64,000 nt of DNA from an uncultured delta proteobacterium. Lineage in GTDB: Bacteria; Desulfobacterota; Desulfobacteria; Desulfobacterales; JAFDCJ01. A program made the translations under genes and the position numbers. The notes under the pieces were generated by a model that saw nothing but the letters and a program-made list of their open reading frames with translations, was not told where the DNA came from and ran no database searches. Shown here in pieces: positions 10,635 through 20,316 of the stretch (its first letter is position 1; each line of letters opens with the position of its first letter). Location of the stretch: positions 320,001 to 384,000 of the forward strand of contig CAVYNY010000016.1 in NCBI GenBank assembly GCA_963769935.1. Direction: 5' to 3'.

Positions 10635-13441
10635 AAAAGATTAGAATTCTAACAGGCAAATGGGTGCCGGTGATCGGGCTATCCGTAACGATAATCTCGT
10701 ATGGCTTTATCACCTATTTGGCCGTCCTGCTGGGCAGCCTCCAATTCGAGACAACGCCTCTGCCTCACAAGCCCCCGGTTGAAGATGTCTTCTTTCTCGT
10801 CTATGCCAACTATCTGGAATATACGTTGCAGCGAGGCATTCTCTGGTTGGGAATCGCCGCATCATATCTTTTCCTGCCGGGCTTGGTCTCCGCCCTTCTC
10901 TCACTGCCGGTTTCTTTGGCGTGGAGACTCCCACTGAGGGTTCTCGTCCTTCGCCGCTTCGGAGCGCGGAAGAGGAGCAGGAGCCTTCGAAAAGCGCTTC
11001 GACAGCGCGTGGCCCCCATGGGTCACGTGTACACCCTGGCAGACCGGGACTTCAAGACGCCGTGGTACATTCGGTTTCCGCTTATCTTCGCGCAGCTCGT
11101 TTTCCTTCACTTTCGAGAGCGTCGGATCAGGTCGCCGAGAGGCATCCGCCGTGTCTCCTCAAGCCTCGACGTTCTCTGGGCTCGGAATATAAACTGGGTG
11201 GTATCCTTTTCCAAGGCGTTCTCTTTGCGTTCTTCGGACACGGTCTGGAGAGATCTGGTCCAATCTCTCACGGCCAAGGTCGAGGCAGTACTTATCGATG
11301 TGCATGAGGGTTCCCCCAACCTCGAGTGGGAGATTAGAAAGTGTGTAGAGGAAAACTATCTGCACAAGACCATGTTCATGACCCCGGGCGATCGGCGCGA
11401 AGAGGCGGTTTGCCTGCTCGCCAAGCTTGGGCTCGGACACCTAACCGGCGATAAGCTCGTCGTCTACGACACAGTCGGGTTGGAAGAAGACGCGCGACTT
11501 CGCACCTTCCTTGAGTCGCGCCAGGCCTTGGAACCTCGGCCGGGTCGTGCTCGGCTGACGAGCCACTTTAAGGCCGCCTCGGTCATGATCGGACCGATCC
11601 TATGGGTACTGATATTGTTTGTCGCCCTGCACGCTTTCCTGGGGGAAGACAGACACCCAGAAGCGAACCGTTTCGGGCCTCTCGTTGGGCGTCTCCGGCA
11701 AAAGCCGACCCGGGACGCAGCGTTCGGCGATTTGCATCGCGCCGTGTCCATATCAGGGACAACACACAGCGCTCCATGGATTGATGATTTCGATAAGGCC
11801 GTCACACCGGAGCTGAAAGAGCTGTGGGAAGACGAACCGGGCCGCCGGCGGGAAATCTTGGCCGTACTTAAAGATGCCGGCACCCCTGGTGGAGCTGAGA
11901 TCTGGAAGCGGGCTCTCTCGGACGCCGGGCAAGTGGGCGGACTGACCTTCGATGAGGTCATCGGGGGTATCGCCGCTGCGCGTTCGACAAAAAACCTTCC
12001 GGATCTTCTCAAACTATTCAGGCAGGGTGAGCCTGATACGCGGCTCAAGGTCCTCCGGGCGCTGGGTGAGCTTGGGGATAACTCGGTCGTCCCCATCCTC
12101 CTGGCCGATATTATTCTACAGCCCGAGGGAGCGCAACCGCTTAAACTGATGCAAGAGGCGACCTCGGCGCTTCAGAAGATCCTCCGTCCCAAACCACCGT
12201 TACGGGCGATCGGGCCTAACAGCAAACCGGCCGCGCTCATTGCCGTGCTCAGTTGCCCGGGATCCGATCAGGCTTCACTCCTGTACAGACTGATGCCCTT
12301 CATTGCCAATAGCCATTGGAAGCAACACAACACAAATTTTCGCGGCACCGAGCCGAAGATTATACTGTACGGGAAGATTGAGACCCGAGATCTCCTTGTA
12401 TCGTACCCGACGACAGCAGGGTACCGAGTCTTTCAAGAGTTTCCCGATCTGAGATATCGGTGGAGCGGCCTGATGGAGTACGGAGAGCGGCTTGATGCCG
12501 TCTTATTGGAGGTGAGCGCCACTCGCGGTATCGACGCCTTAGTGAAGCAACACGTCGCCGTGGCCCATATGCTGGGCATTCCAAGAGTGGCCGTGCTTAT
12601 CAACACCGGGAATGCCCCGTTAGAAACGGGTCGCCTCGCCTCGTTGGAAAGGGAACTGCACGAACTGCTGGGCGGGACCGGATTCGTTGATTCAAACGTG
12701 GTCATCGTGGCTGGTCCTGTGCCCAATGTGGACGAAATTTTCAACGACAATGCCGCTCGTACCGGTGTCAAAAAGCTCTTTGCGGCCATCGACGCTTGGC
12801 CGACGCGCCCGGCGCTGGCGGAGCGACCGACGCGTTTCCCGATCGGCGGCGTCTTTCAGATTCCTGACAAAGGTACGCTGGTAACCGGATTTCTTGAGCA
12901 GGGTGTCCTATCGCCGGGAGACGTTCTGGAGGTCGCCGGCGACACCGCCGGCGCGCAGGTGGTGGCGGGTGAGCGCCTCGACTTTCCGGGGTCTGATGAT
13001 GTTGTGGGACTCTGGATTCGAGACGGAAGAACCGAGCGGTTGCGGGCAGGTCAGGTCCTGGCGCAGCCCGGCACGCTTACGGCCCACGACAAATTCGCAG
13101 CCTGGGCGTATGTGCTGTCGGAGGAAGAAGGCGGCCCGCGCAACCTTGTTGTCGGCACGATCGGCGGCGTGCAGGAGGAAAAGGCCGCCTTTTCTCCGGG
13201 CGCGGTATTCGCGTTCCAGTTCTGCAATGCGTTTGTCAGCCCCAAGCACCTGCGTTGGGGCTCGCAAGTGGACACACCGCCCGAAGAGTTGCGGCTGGCA
13301 GATTTCAAACCGGCCCGGGGCTGGGTCACTCTTGAGGTAAGTTTGGAATATCCGGTTCCGATTCAACGCGGTCAGCGCTTCCGGCTCTTCTCCGACGGCG
13401 AGCTCGTGGCAGCCGGAGCAGTGACGGAGGTCATAGAGTAA
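10631..13441 (+). CDS. Membrane protein with TIR-like domain, HEAT repeats and C-terminal degenerate EF-Tu-like domains I-III
   Basis: TMs at about aa 12-35, 69-97 and 317-337; HEAT-like RLKVLRALGELGDNSVVPIL; aa ~531-936 colinear with EF-Tu (LDAVLLEVSATRG, GIPRVAVLIN, VFQIPDKGTLVTG, GQVLAQPGT, YVLSEEEGG, GQRF..VAAGAVTEVIE). Confidence 0.8.
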   Translation: MKKIRILTGKWVPVIGLSVTIISYGFITYLAVLLGSLQFETTPLPHKPPVEDVFFLVYANYLEYTLQRGILWLGIAASYLFLPGLVSALLSLPVSLAWRLPLRVLVLRRFGARKRSRSLRKALRQRVAPMGHVYTLADRDFKTPWYIRFPLIFAQLVFLHFRERRIRSPRGIRRVSSSLDVLWARNINWVVSFSKAFSLRSSDTVWRDLVQSLTAKVEAVLIDVHEGSPNLEWEIRKCVEENYLHKTMFMTPGDRREEAVCLLAKLGLGHLTGDKLVVYDTVGLEEDARLRTFLESRQALEPRPGRARLTSHFKAASVMIGPILWVLILFVALHAFLGEDRHPEANRFGPLVGRLRQKPTRDAAFGDLHRAVSISGTTHSAPWIDDFDKAVTPELKELWEDEPGRRREILAVLKDAGTPGGAEIWKRALSDAGQVGGLTFDEVIGGIAAARSTKNLPDLLKLFRQGEPDTRLKVLRALGELGDNSVVPILLADIILQPEGAQPLKLMQEATSALQKILRPKPPLRAIGPNSKPAALIAVLSCPGSDQASLLYRLMPFIANSHWKQHNTNFRGTEPKIILYGKIETRDLLVSYPTTAGYRVFQEFPDLRYRWSGLMEYGERLDAVLLEVSATRGIDALVKQHVAVAHMLGIPRVAVLINTGNAPLETGRLASLERELHELLGGTGFVDSNVVIVAGPVPNVDEIFNDNAARTGVKKLFAAIDAWPTRPALAERPTRFPIGGVFQIPDKGTLVTGFLEQGVLSPGDVLEVAGDTAGAQVVAGERLDFPGSDDVVGLWIRDGRTERLRAGQVLAQPGTLTAHDKFAAWAYVLSEEEGGPRNLVVGTIGGVQEEKAAFSPGAVFAFQFCNAFVSPKHLRWGSQVDTPPEELRLADFKPARGWVTLEVSLEYPVPIQRGQRFRLFSDGELVAAGAVTEVIE

Positions 13442-13823
13442 CCCGCCTTTAGGCACCCCTCTTACAGCGTAACAAGGACCCCTCTAAAAATTGATTCACC
13501 AGGAATTGATGCGTGGCCCGACCCCCAATCCGAATCCGGTCAAATTTCGGATTGCCTTGACTTGACATATTCCAATGGCCATATTTCCTGATTATCTGTT
13601 GATATTCTCCATCCGGCCATATCCCTTCACACGTCTCTTGGAAAGGCCCGAGTTGATAGAAAGAATCTATCGAAGCCTATTTTAAAGATCTGAAACCAGA
13701 TTTTGAAGATGACGATACTATCATCAAAATTGAATTTACTATTGAATGATGGTTCTGTCATATGATGTTCTTGCGGGGCTGAATATGCTGTGTTAACTGC
13801 TGCGGGCATTCTTATTATAACTC

Positions 13824-15347
13824 TCACGCCGCGGGTACGGCCTTGCGGGCAATGAGCGGTACCAGGACGGCACCGAGCGCGCAGGTGACGAGCAGGTACG
13901 TCATGGCGCCGCTGTAGCCGACCATAAAGGAGTGCTTGAAGATCGGCAGGATCTCGGCCTCGAGGCCGGCGGTGAGCTTGCCCAGCACCTGCAGGACTTG
14001 GCTCGGGTCCGAGAGCAGGCTCCTGACCAGGTCCTGATCTTGGCCGCTGAGCACGATGTGATGTTGTGCGAGCGCGGCCGTCAGACTGCGCCGGTCGAGC
14101 TCCTCGAATATCAAGCCGCCGATGGCCAGCCCGACGCTGGAGCCGAAATTCCAGATCGAATAGAGCACGCCGATGATCAGGCTCGCCGAGGCCGGAGGGA
14201 AGGCCGAGGTAGCGGCCAGCGCCGAGGTCGCCTGTTGCAGTCCCCAGCCGAACCCGAAGAGCCCTAGGCCGACCAGGACCAGCCACACCGGGCTCGCCGG
14301 CTCGAAGAAGATCTGCACCAGCGCGGCAATGGCCAGGAAAATCTGTCCGGCGACCAGGAACGGCATCGGCCCGTTACGATCGACAAGTTTACCGATCACC
14401 GGCGGGACGATGACCACCAGCGATGAGATCGGCAGCAGCATCAAACCGGCGACATAGGGAATTTCATTGCGGACGGTCTGTAGGTAGAGCGGCGCCATGA
14501 AACTGCCGAGGGCGATGAAGCCGCCGAGCGTTAGGGCCATCACGCTGCAGGCTAAAAGTTGCGGACGTCGCAGCAGCTTGAAGTCGATGATCGGCGACGA
14601 TACGCGCCTCTCGATCCCGATGAAAACGCTGAGTAAGACCAGGGCGGTGGCGCCGGTCGCAAGGGTGGCCGGCGCATCCCAGCCCCAGTTGTTGCCTTTT
14701 ATGATCGCCGTTACCAGCGCCGCCATTCCGGGGGTCAGAAAAGCGAGACCCAGCCAGTCGACCCTTTCGTGCATCAGGCGCGGCGTCTCCTCGACCGACC
14801 GCCAGGCGATGGCAAAGCCGAGGATGACCACCGGCACGTTGACATAGAAAGCCCACCGCCAGGAGAGCGCCGAGAGGCACAGGCCGCCCAGCACCGGCCC
14901 TACCGCCATGCCGAAGCCGGTGACGCTCATGAACACCGCCATCGCTCTCCCCTGCTCGGCTTCGGGAAAGTGATGGCTCACCAAGCCGACCGCGCAAGTC
15001 AGCACGATCGCCCCGGCAATGCCCTGAGCGAACCGGCAGGCGATGAGGAACTCCGGATCTTCAGCCGTCCCGGCCAGAAACGACGCCAGCGCAAAGACAA
15101 TCACACCGGTGTAGAGGACGCGTCTACGGCCGTAGATGTCGCCGAGCCGCCCCATCGTGACCATGAACACCGTCAGCATCAGGAAGAAGGCGTTCATCAC
15201 CCATTGCAACTCGTCGACACTGGCGTGAAGCTCCCGTTGAATGCCGGGAAGGATGGTGTTGACGATGGTGAAGTCTATGAAGACGACAAAGCTGAGGATG
15301 CTGATCCCGATCAGGGCCAGCCAACGCTTTTGAGATTCACCAGCCAT
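13824..15347 (-). CDS. MFS transporter, DHA2 (EmrB/QacA-like) family
   Basis: About 14 hydrophobic segments, GRLGDIYGRRR motif A, WRWAFYVNVP. Confidence 0.92.
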   Translation of the reverse strand: MAGESQKRWLALIGISILSFVVFIDFTIVNTILPGIQRELHASVDELQWVMNAFFLMLTVFMVTMGRLGDIYGRRRVLYTGVIVFALASFLAGTAEDPEFLIACRFAQGIAGAIVLTCAVGLVSHHFPEAEQGRAMAVFMSVTGFGMAVGPVLGGLCLSALSWRWAFYVNVPVVILGFAIAWRSVEETPRLMHERVDWLGLAFLTPGMAALVTAIIKGNNWGWDAPATLATGATALVLLSVFIGIERRVSSPIIDFKLLRRPQLLACSVMALTLGGFIALGSFMAPLYLQTVRNEIPYVAGLMLLPISSLVVIVPPVIGKLVDRNGPMPFLVAGQIFLAIAALVQIFFEPASPVWLVLVGLGLFGFGWGLQQATSALAATSAFPPASASLIIGVLYSIWNFGSSVGLAIGGLIFEELDRRSLTAALAQHHIVLSGQDQDLVRSLLSDPSQVLQVLGKLTAGLEAEILPIFKHSFMVGYSGAMTYLLVTCALGAVLVPLIARKAVPAA

Positions 15348-15570
15348 TCTTTCCCCCTTTACGAACAGATGCCGTTGTGGTCTCGGGCACCTTTTCCGGA
15401 AGACGACCATCGGTCGGTGTGTCCCACCCCCGGCCGCTGACGCAGGGTTCGTCGGAAGTAAAAATATAAGAAATCGCTGCTGTCCCGTTAAAATTCATAT
15501 CATAATCACTAATCGCGGTTTGACACCCATTTCCCCGGTAATGCGATATTCGAGTCCGGTCACTTTTCTA

Positions 15571-15795
15571 CTAACGAGGCAGGTATGCAGAATCAACTAC
15601 AGAAAAGTCGGATTCGCGAATGATGAGTCGGACGTTACGACCTTTTGCATACATGTTTGTTCGCACAGACCAGACCTTTTCTCCGGAAGGCAGCGACCGC
15701 AATTGTACTTCGACAGGTTCGATCCAAGGCCATGACTGATCAGACACAAATGATTTGGCAACTTTGATAATCTGTTCTTTTATGATTTCCATCAC
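15571..15795 (-). CDS. Small hypothetical protein, candidate immunity protein of the upstream toxin-like gene
   Basis: 74-aa ORF 9 nt downstream of the toxin-like pseudogene; function inferred from context only. Confidence 0.55.
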   Translation of the reverse strand: MMEIIKEQIIKVAKSFVSDQSWPWIEPVEVQLRSLPSGEKVWSVRTNMYAKGRNVRLIIRESDFSVVDSAYLPR

Positions 15796-15804
15796 ATTCT
15801 CTCG

Positions 15805-16714
15805 CTATTCTGGAGGTGCGCACACCGGCGGCGGAGAGGCAACGACGACTTGCACTGAAAACCTTTGTGTCCCCACTAGGATTGTCCCAATCTCAGAACC
15901 CTCGAAGACAAGCTGCTGGAGGGTGACATAGCCGTTCGCAATCGGGAATCGTACTCCTCGCAGGAGACCAATGACACCATAAGCCGCAAGCTGACCGACA
16001 CTTTCAGCCAAAGCCTCCTCAAGGTATTGCAGGATTGCCGAGCGCATATAAGAAGACATCGCGAGGCGGGCACGAAAAGTTCGCAAGACTCCCAGCCACG
16101 GGGATAGAAATCAATGAACCGGTTCATGCACCCTCGCCAGCTGTTGTGTAGTTGCGGAACCAGCTGTCGAATAGGTCACATCCCCAAATGCGGTCGTCAT
16201 CCCCTCACCTGCCGGCAGCGAGGCATCTCCCGTCACGGATGGGCGTCGCCATAAACGTCCGGCCTGTACATCCGGCCCCACCTGGGCTAAACCAGGATTT
16301 CGAGGTCGTATAGCGACAGCTACGATTGTCCCGCGTGTGGCCTGAATATTACGCGCGCTTCTATGCAGGAAAAGAGCCATTACAGCAGTCAATCCTCCAG
16401 TTACGACCGCTCTTGCGAATGCTTGAGCGGCAATATCAATATCCTCATCCGTACGCGCATTAATGGATTTGGTTGCGAAAATTAGTAGGTCTTTTGCAAC
16501 ATCCGTGATAGACCATCCTACAAAAAACGCCCCCACTAAAAGAAGTCCAACATCGACTATTTCACCAACACCAAAGAAATGTGAACCGGCCCAAATACCG
16601 AGCGTGCCGACTAATATGACCAGTGCTTGCGGTGTAAGGAGTGGACCAATCTGATGTGCCAGGTTGGCGGGCATATACGCTTTTGAACGTAGTGATCGCC
16701 TCCTTAACGCGATC
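15805..16714 (-). pseudogene. Polymorphic-toxin-like gene (DUF6861-like hydrophobic N-terminus, HExxH metallopeptidase-like C-terminus), disrupted
   Basis: ORFs 16111-16674 and 15805-16086 are in frame across one TGA (HEPVH*FLSPWLG...EEALAE); a further frameshift near 16690 (DRVKEAIT/RSKAYMP). Confidence 0.6.
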
Positions 16715-16844
16715 TGTACCGGAACAAGAGGTAGTAAAACGCGGCACGATAATCTCCTGAATTTCCGCCGCCGCCGGTGAGCAGTGGCCCAAGCTCATAC
16801 CAAACTTGCACGGCCTTTACGTAAAACTGCAATCTTCTCGATGC

Positions 16845-16898
16845 AGTGCCGGGGCGAAGCTCACGAAGGCGAAGTCTGGCCTGCTCGAATGGTTATAC
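16845..16898 (-). other. Degenerate attC-like site
   Basis: Minus strand GTATAAC-CATTCGAGCAGGCCAGACTTCG...; inverse core present, core end eroded. Confidence 0.35.
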
Positions 16899-16978
16899 GC
16901 TATGGCTAAATTAGATTATAGACATAAAATCCAAGGAGTAAAGCACCTCTAGTGCCCGCAAACGGAATTGTATGCGTC

Positions 16979-17818
16979 TTAAAGCCAAGGGATAACTTGT
17001 CGGTGCTGGATAAGCTCTCCATATGGAGCCCCAACCCGAGGCGGCAGCGTGGCGAGCCGGACCACGTCCACCGCTGCCTGAGCGGGACTCTGGGCCGAAG
17101 ACATATCATTAAACCACGGTCGGGATGCATCCGTGTCCACCATCCCCGGGCAGGCCGAATTGATGAGAATTCCTCTTTTTGATGCCTCATCCTTCATCAG
17201 ACGTGCCAAAATCTTGGTCGAGGCGACTTGCGCGATCTTAGATGGGATGTTGATCCATTCCGGCCACCCAAGGACCGTTGCCTGACCTGTTTCTACGAGA
17301 TGGACATATTCGTCCATCAGCCTCTCGATGTCTTCCAGCGATTGGGTTGCAATATCGAACTTCCGATGGAGGTCGGTCGGCAGATTGCGCAGCGTTCCAA
17401 ACGCACTTGCCACAACGATGAAACGCGCATTGTCCTTTAGCATCGGCCCGAACTCGCGGATCATCCGGAAGGTGCCGTGATTGTTCGTGTTGACGAAAAG
17501 CGCAACCTGTTCGGCCTGGGAAATGTCGGGGGAGATCCGGGCGGCTGCATTGGAGATCACGATGTCCACTCCCCCATGCCGTGTTCGAATCGTTTCGGCG
17601 AAAGCGGCAACACTTGCGTCGTCGGTAACGTCGAGCAGGTGAAAGATCGGCGAGAGACCTCGATCACCCAGCTGACGGATCGCATGCTCCCCTCGGGCGG
17701 CATTGCGCGCGGTAAGATAAACGGAGGCTTCCGGTCCAAGGTCCCGGCAGAGAGCTTCCACGAGGGCGAAGCCCAGTCCCTGGTTCGATCCGGATACGAG
17801 AGCGACTTTGTTCATCAT
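16979..17818 (-). CDS. SDR family oxidoreductase (carbonyl reductase-like)
   Basis: VALVSGSNQGLG, LTARN, LDVTD, NSACPGMVDTD; the YxxxK Tyr appears replaced (NIPSK). Confidence 0.88.
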   Translation of the reverse strand: MMNKVALVSGSNQGLGFALVEALCRDLGPEASVYLTARNAARGEHAIRQLGDRGLSPIFHLLDVTDDASVAAFAETIRTRHGGVDIVISNAAARISPDISQAEQVALFVNTNNHGTFRMIREFGPMLKDNARFIVVASAFGTLRNLPTDLHRKFDIATQSLEDIERLMDEYVHLVETGQATVLGWPEWINIPSKIAQVASTKILARLMKDEASKRGILINSACPGMVDTDASRPWFNDMSSAQSPAQAAVDVVRLATLPPRVGAPYGELIQHRQVIPWL

Positions 17819-17976
17819 GAGCCTCAGAGAAAAAGGGTCTTTTTGCCCCCGAAAAACTCAACATAGGCCTATTTCAGAGGGCAGAATTGGCAATTATCCG
17901 CTCCATATCAATCAGCTGGCGTGGCCCCAGACTCTGATCGAGCACACGTGGGCCCCGTGTTGGACCGCGATGCTGT

Positions 17977-18693
17977 CTATCGCAGGAACGATACCCGGCC
18001 CGTGGCGACATCATGCATCGCGCCGACCAACTTCAGCCGGTTTCCGACAACGAGATCTTTTAAGACCGCACTTCGCTCGGTTAGCGCTTGCACGGTCAAG
18101 CGCACGTTCTCGTCCGCTACCTTCTGAACAAACGCTTTGTTCCCGGAAGTCCGATCGTCGCGGATGTCCTTCACCGCATAGACGGCCGGAGCGATGTTGC
18201 TGAGGGTCTGCGTCAGGTTCCCGAGTCGAACGTTGTCACACGCCCCCTTGATCGCGCCGCACTCTGTGTGGCCCAGCACAACGACGAGCTTTGCTCCGGC
18301 AAGCTTGGTGGCAAACTCGATACTGCCGATGATATCGGTGTTGGCGAAGTTGCCGGCTATCCGAGGACTGAAGATGTCGCCAATCCCCTGATCAAAAACA
18401 AGTTCAGGGGGAACACGCGAGTCGATGCAGCCCAGTACCACGGCGAACGGGTATTGCCCCGCAGCCGTCTCCCGGACTTGTGCCATCAGGTTACGCTGCA
18501 GCATCTTTCCGCTTATGAATCGCTCGTTGCCTTCCTTGAGCGCGCTGAGCGCGTGCTCCGGCGTCATGTTGCGCTGCGACTCTTTTGACATCGCTGGAAT
18601 CTCAGCCGCTAACGTGCGGCCTGACACGGTAAGCAAGGCTCCAGCCGCGGCTGCGACGGGCATCAATTTGAGTAGTTGGCGTCTGTTCATCAT
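17977..18693 (-). CDS. Beta-class carbonic anhydrase with Tat signal peptide
   Basis: NRRQLLK twin-arginine leader; Zn ligand motifs CIDSR and HTECG. Confidence 0.93.
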   Translation of the reverse strand: MMNRRQLLKLMPVAAAAGALLTVSGRTLAAEIPAMSKESQRNMTPEHALSALKEGNERFISGKMLQRNLMAQVRETAAGQYPFAVVLGCIDSRVPPELVFDQGIGDIFSPRIAGNFANTDIIGSIEFATKLAGAKLVVVLGHTECGAIKGACDNVRLGNLTQTLSNIAPAVYAVKDIRDDRTSGNKAFVQKVADENVRLTVQALTERSAVLKDLVVGNRLKLVGAMHDVATGRVSFLR

Positions 18694-18726
18694 TTTGTCT
18701 TTCTTTCCTGCAAAACCGTTGCGGTG

Positions 18727-18786
18727 GTTTAGCGCTCAGCGTGAGCGGGGCGGCTTTTTGCGTCCGACTCCACGCTTTTGTGCAGC
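18727..18786 (-). other. Degenerate attC site preceding the carbonic anhydrase cassette
   Basis: 60-bp imperfect palindrome TAGCGCTCAGCGTGAGCGGGGCGGCTTTTTGCGTCCGACTCCACGCTTTTGTGCAGC with bottom-strand attC layout; both core boxes mutated. Confidence 0.55.
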
Positions 18787-18882
18787 TATTTATTTCTCCA
18801 ATAAATAGCCTGGGGTATAGAATCTCCAGGCTCTCGACACAGCCTGAATCAAGAGGCAAGCCATAGGGCCATACTTTAAATA

Positions 18883-19221
18883 CTAAATGTTCTTGTTAAC
18901 CAGCTTGGTGCCTATTCCTTTTCTTTGATACTCTTTAGTTACTGAGATGTCATTAATTTCACCGAAGTTTTTATACAACCGAGTTGATGGATATGTCCGC
19001 AATAATGAAAGACTAAATCCGACAATTTTACCATTATATTTCGCAACCAATGGTAAAGCGCAGTCATTACCGACCTGTTCAATGAACCAAAGGGCGCAAT
19101 CCTCATGACCCGTTGCTTTTAATGTGAATATAGGATCATTCTGAGTATGGAATTCTACCATCTCCCTGAAGAGTTCGGCAATTATGTCCTTATCAGATTT
19201 ATTAACTTATCTAATATTCAT
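18883..19221 (-). pseudogene. GNAT acetyltransferase pseudogene (cassette-like)
   Basis: MNIR*VNKSDKDIIAELFREMVEFH...VTKEYQRKGIGTKLV; nonsense at codon 5 and C-terminal truncation; AT-rich. Confidence 0.75.
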
Positions 19222-19230
19222 GTCCGATCA

Positions 19231-19303
19231 TGCTAACGCCCAACTTGATGGGTGCGCATGAAGCGTGACGGAATGAGCATCCTTCTCAAAGCTGATGCCT
19301 TGT
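19231..19303 (-). other. attC-like site preceding the GNAT cassette
   Basis: Core GTTAGCA (minus, 19237-19231) 9 nt before the ATG; imperfect palindrome TTGATGGGTGC...GCATCCTTCTCAA. Confidence 0.6.
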
Positions 19304-19308
19304 CAAAA

Positions 19309-20079
19309 TCATGGGTAATCCTGGCGCGTGGGGCGAACGACAATATTGCTTATATGCACGTGGGGCGGCTGGGTGACAATATGGAGGATTGCATTTGCAA
19401 TGTCATCTCCTATCAGCAATGGACCGAATTTCTCATGAAAGCTAGTCACCAATTCTTCGCTGTAGCCGGCTCCTGCCTGAAACCCGCTCAGTACGGCCCC
19501 CGGCTCAACCAGCGAAACGCGAACTCCTTTTGATCCGACTTCTCGCCGCAGTCCTTCAGCCAGTGCATGCACCGCAAACTTGGTAGCCCCATATACTGCG
19601 CTGAAGGGCGATATATTTCGCCCGACAGTCGATCCGATTATGACGATGTCGGCCGCCGATTTGGGATAGGCATTTTGTTGAATATCCACCATTTTTTGGG
19701 CCGCCTTTTGAATAAGAGCAAGCGCGCCGCTCACGTTGATTTTTAAAACTTCCTCAAATTGGGTCAGATCAGCGTCTTTGACTGAACCGCCCAGGCCCCT
19801 GCCTGCATTGGCAACGACAATGTCGGCCTCTCGTCCGAAACGATCGGTAGCCATGGCAAAGAGTTGCTCCACTACAGTATGGTCGGCGGCATTCCCGGCG
19901 ACACTGCAAAACGCAGCGCCGATTTCATCTTCAAGCCCGGCCAGTTTTTCAGCGTTTCGCCCGTTGCCGACCACGCCAAAACCGGCAGCCACAAACTTTC
20001 GCAGCGTGGCTTCACCAATACCGGAGGTGGTGCCGGTTACTATGGCAATACGTTTATATTTACCAGACATATTTTTCAC
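19309..20079 (-). CDS. SDR family oxidoreductase
   Basis: IVTGTTSGIG, NAG, YGATK catalytic motif, VEPG. Confidence 0.93.
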   Translation of the reverse strand: MKNMSGKYKRIAIVTGTTSGIGEATLRKFVAAGFGVVGNGRNAEKLAGLEDEIGAAFCSVAGNAADHTVVEQLFAMATDRFGREADIVVANAGRGLGGSVKDADLTQFEEVLKINVSGALALIQKAAQKMVDIQQNAYPKSAADIVIIGSTVGRNISPFSAVYGATKFAVHALAEGLRREVGSKGVRVSLVEPGAVLSGFQAGAGYSEELVTSFHEKFGPLLIGDDIANAILHIVTQPPHVHISNIVVRPTRQDYP

Positions 20080-20316
20080 TTTCTCCTGGAATAATTATTA
20101 ATAAGGAACTGGATGTCAAATTTTGATCGGTGATTAATTGATATTCTATAATCACAGATCAAGACCCCATTGTCTCTAATTTTAGTACTCAAAAATTTGA
20201 GGTTCAGCAAGTCAACTCAGTCAACCACGTGCCTTACTTCCCATAAATCATCGTTTTGTTGCGAATAAAACCGAGGCAGGATGCAGGGGGCATTCGGTAT
20301 GGGCCCCCGAGTTTAT

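Noticed and set aside
12221..13441. Functional tuf gene
   Set aside because: G1, G3 and G4 motifs are destroyed, the domain is fused to a membrane protein, and there is no ribosomal or tRNA operon context
13625..13749. Plus-strand gene tail (IEAYFKDLKPDFEDDDTIIKIEFTIE)
   Set aside because: Too short to assign; no start
16111..16113. In-frame TGA as selenocysteine
   Set aside because: It follows HExxH with no Cys/redox context, and the gene has another frameshift; a nonsense mutation is simpler
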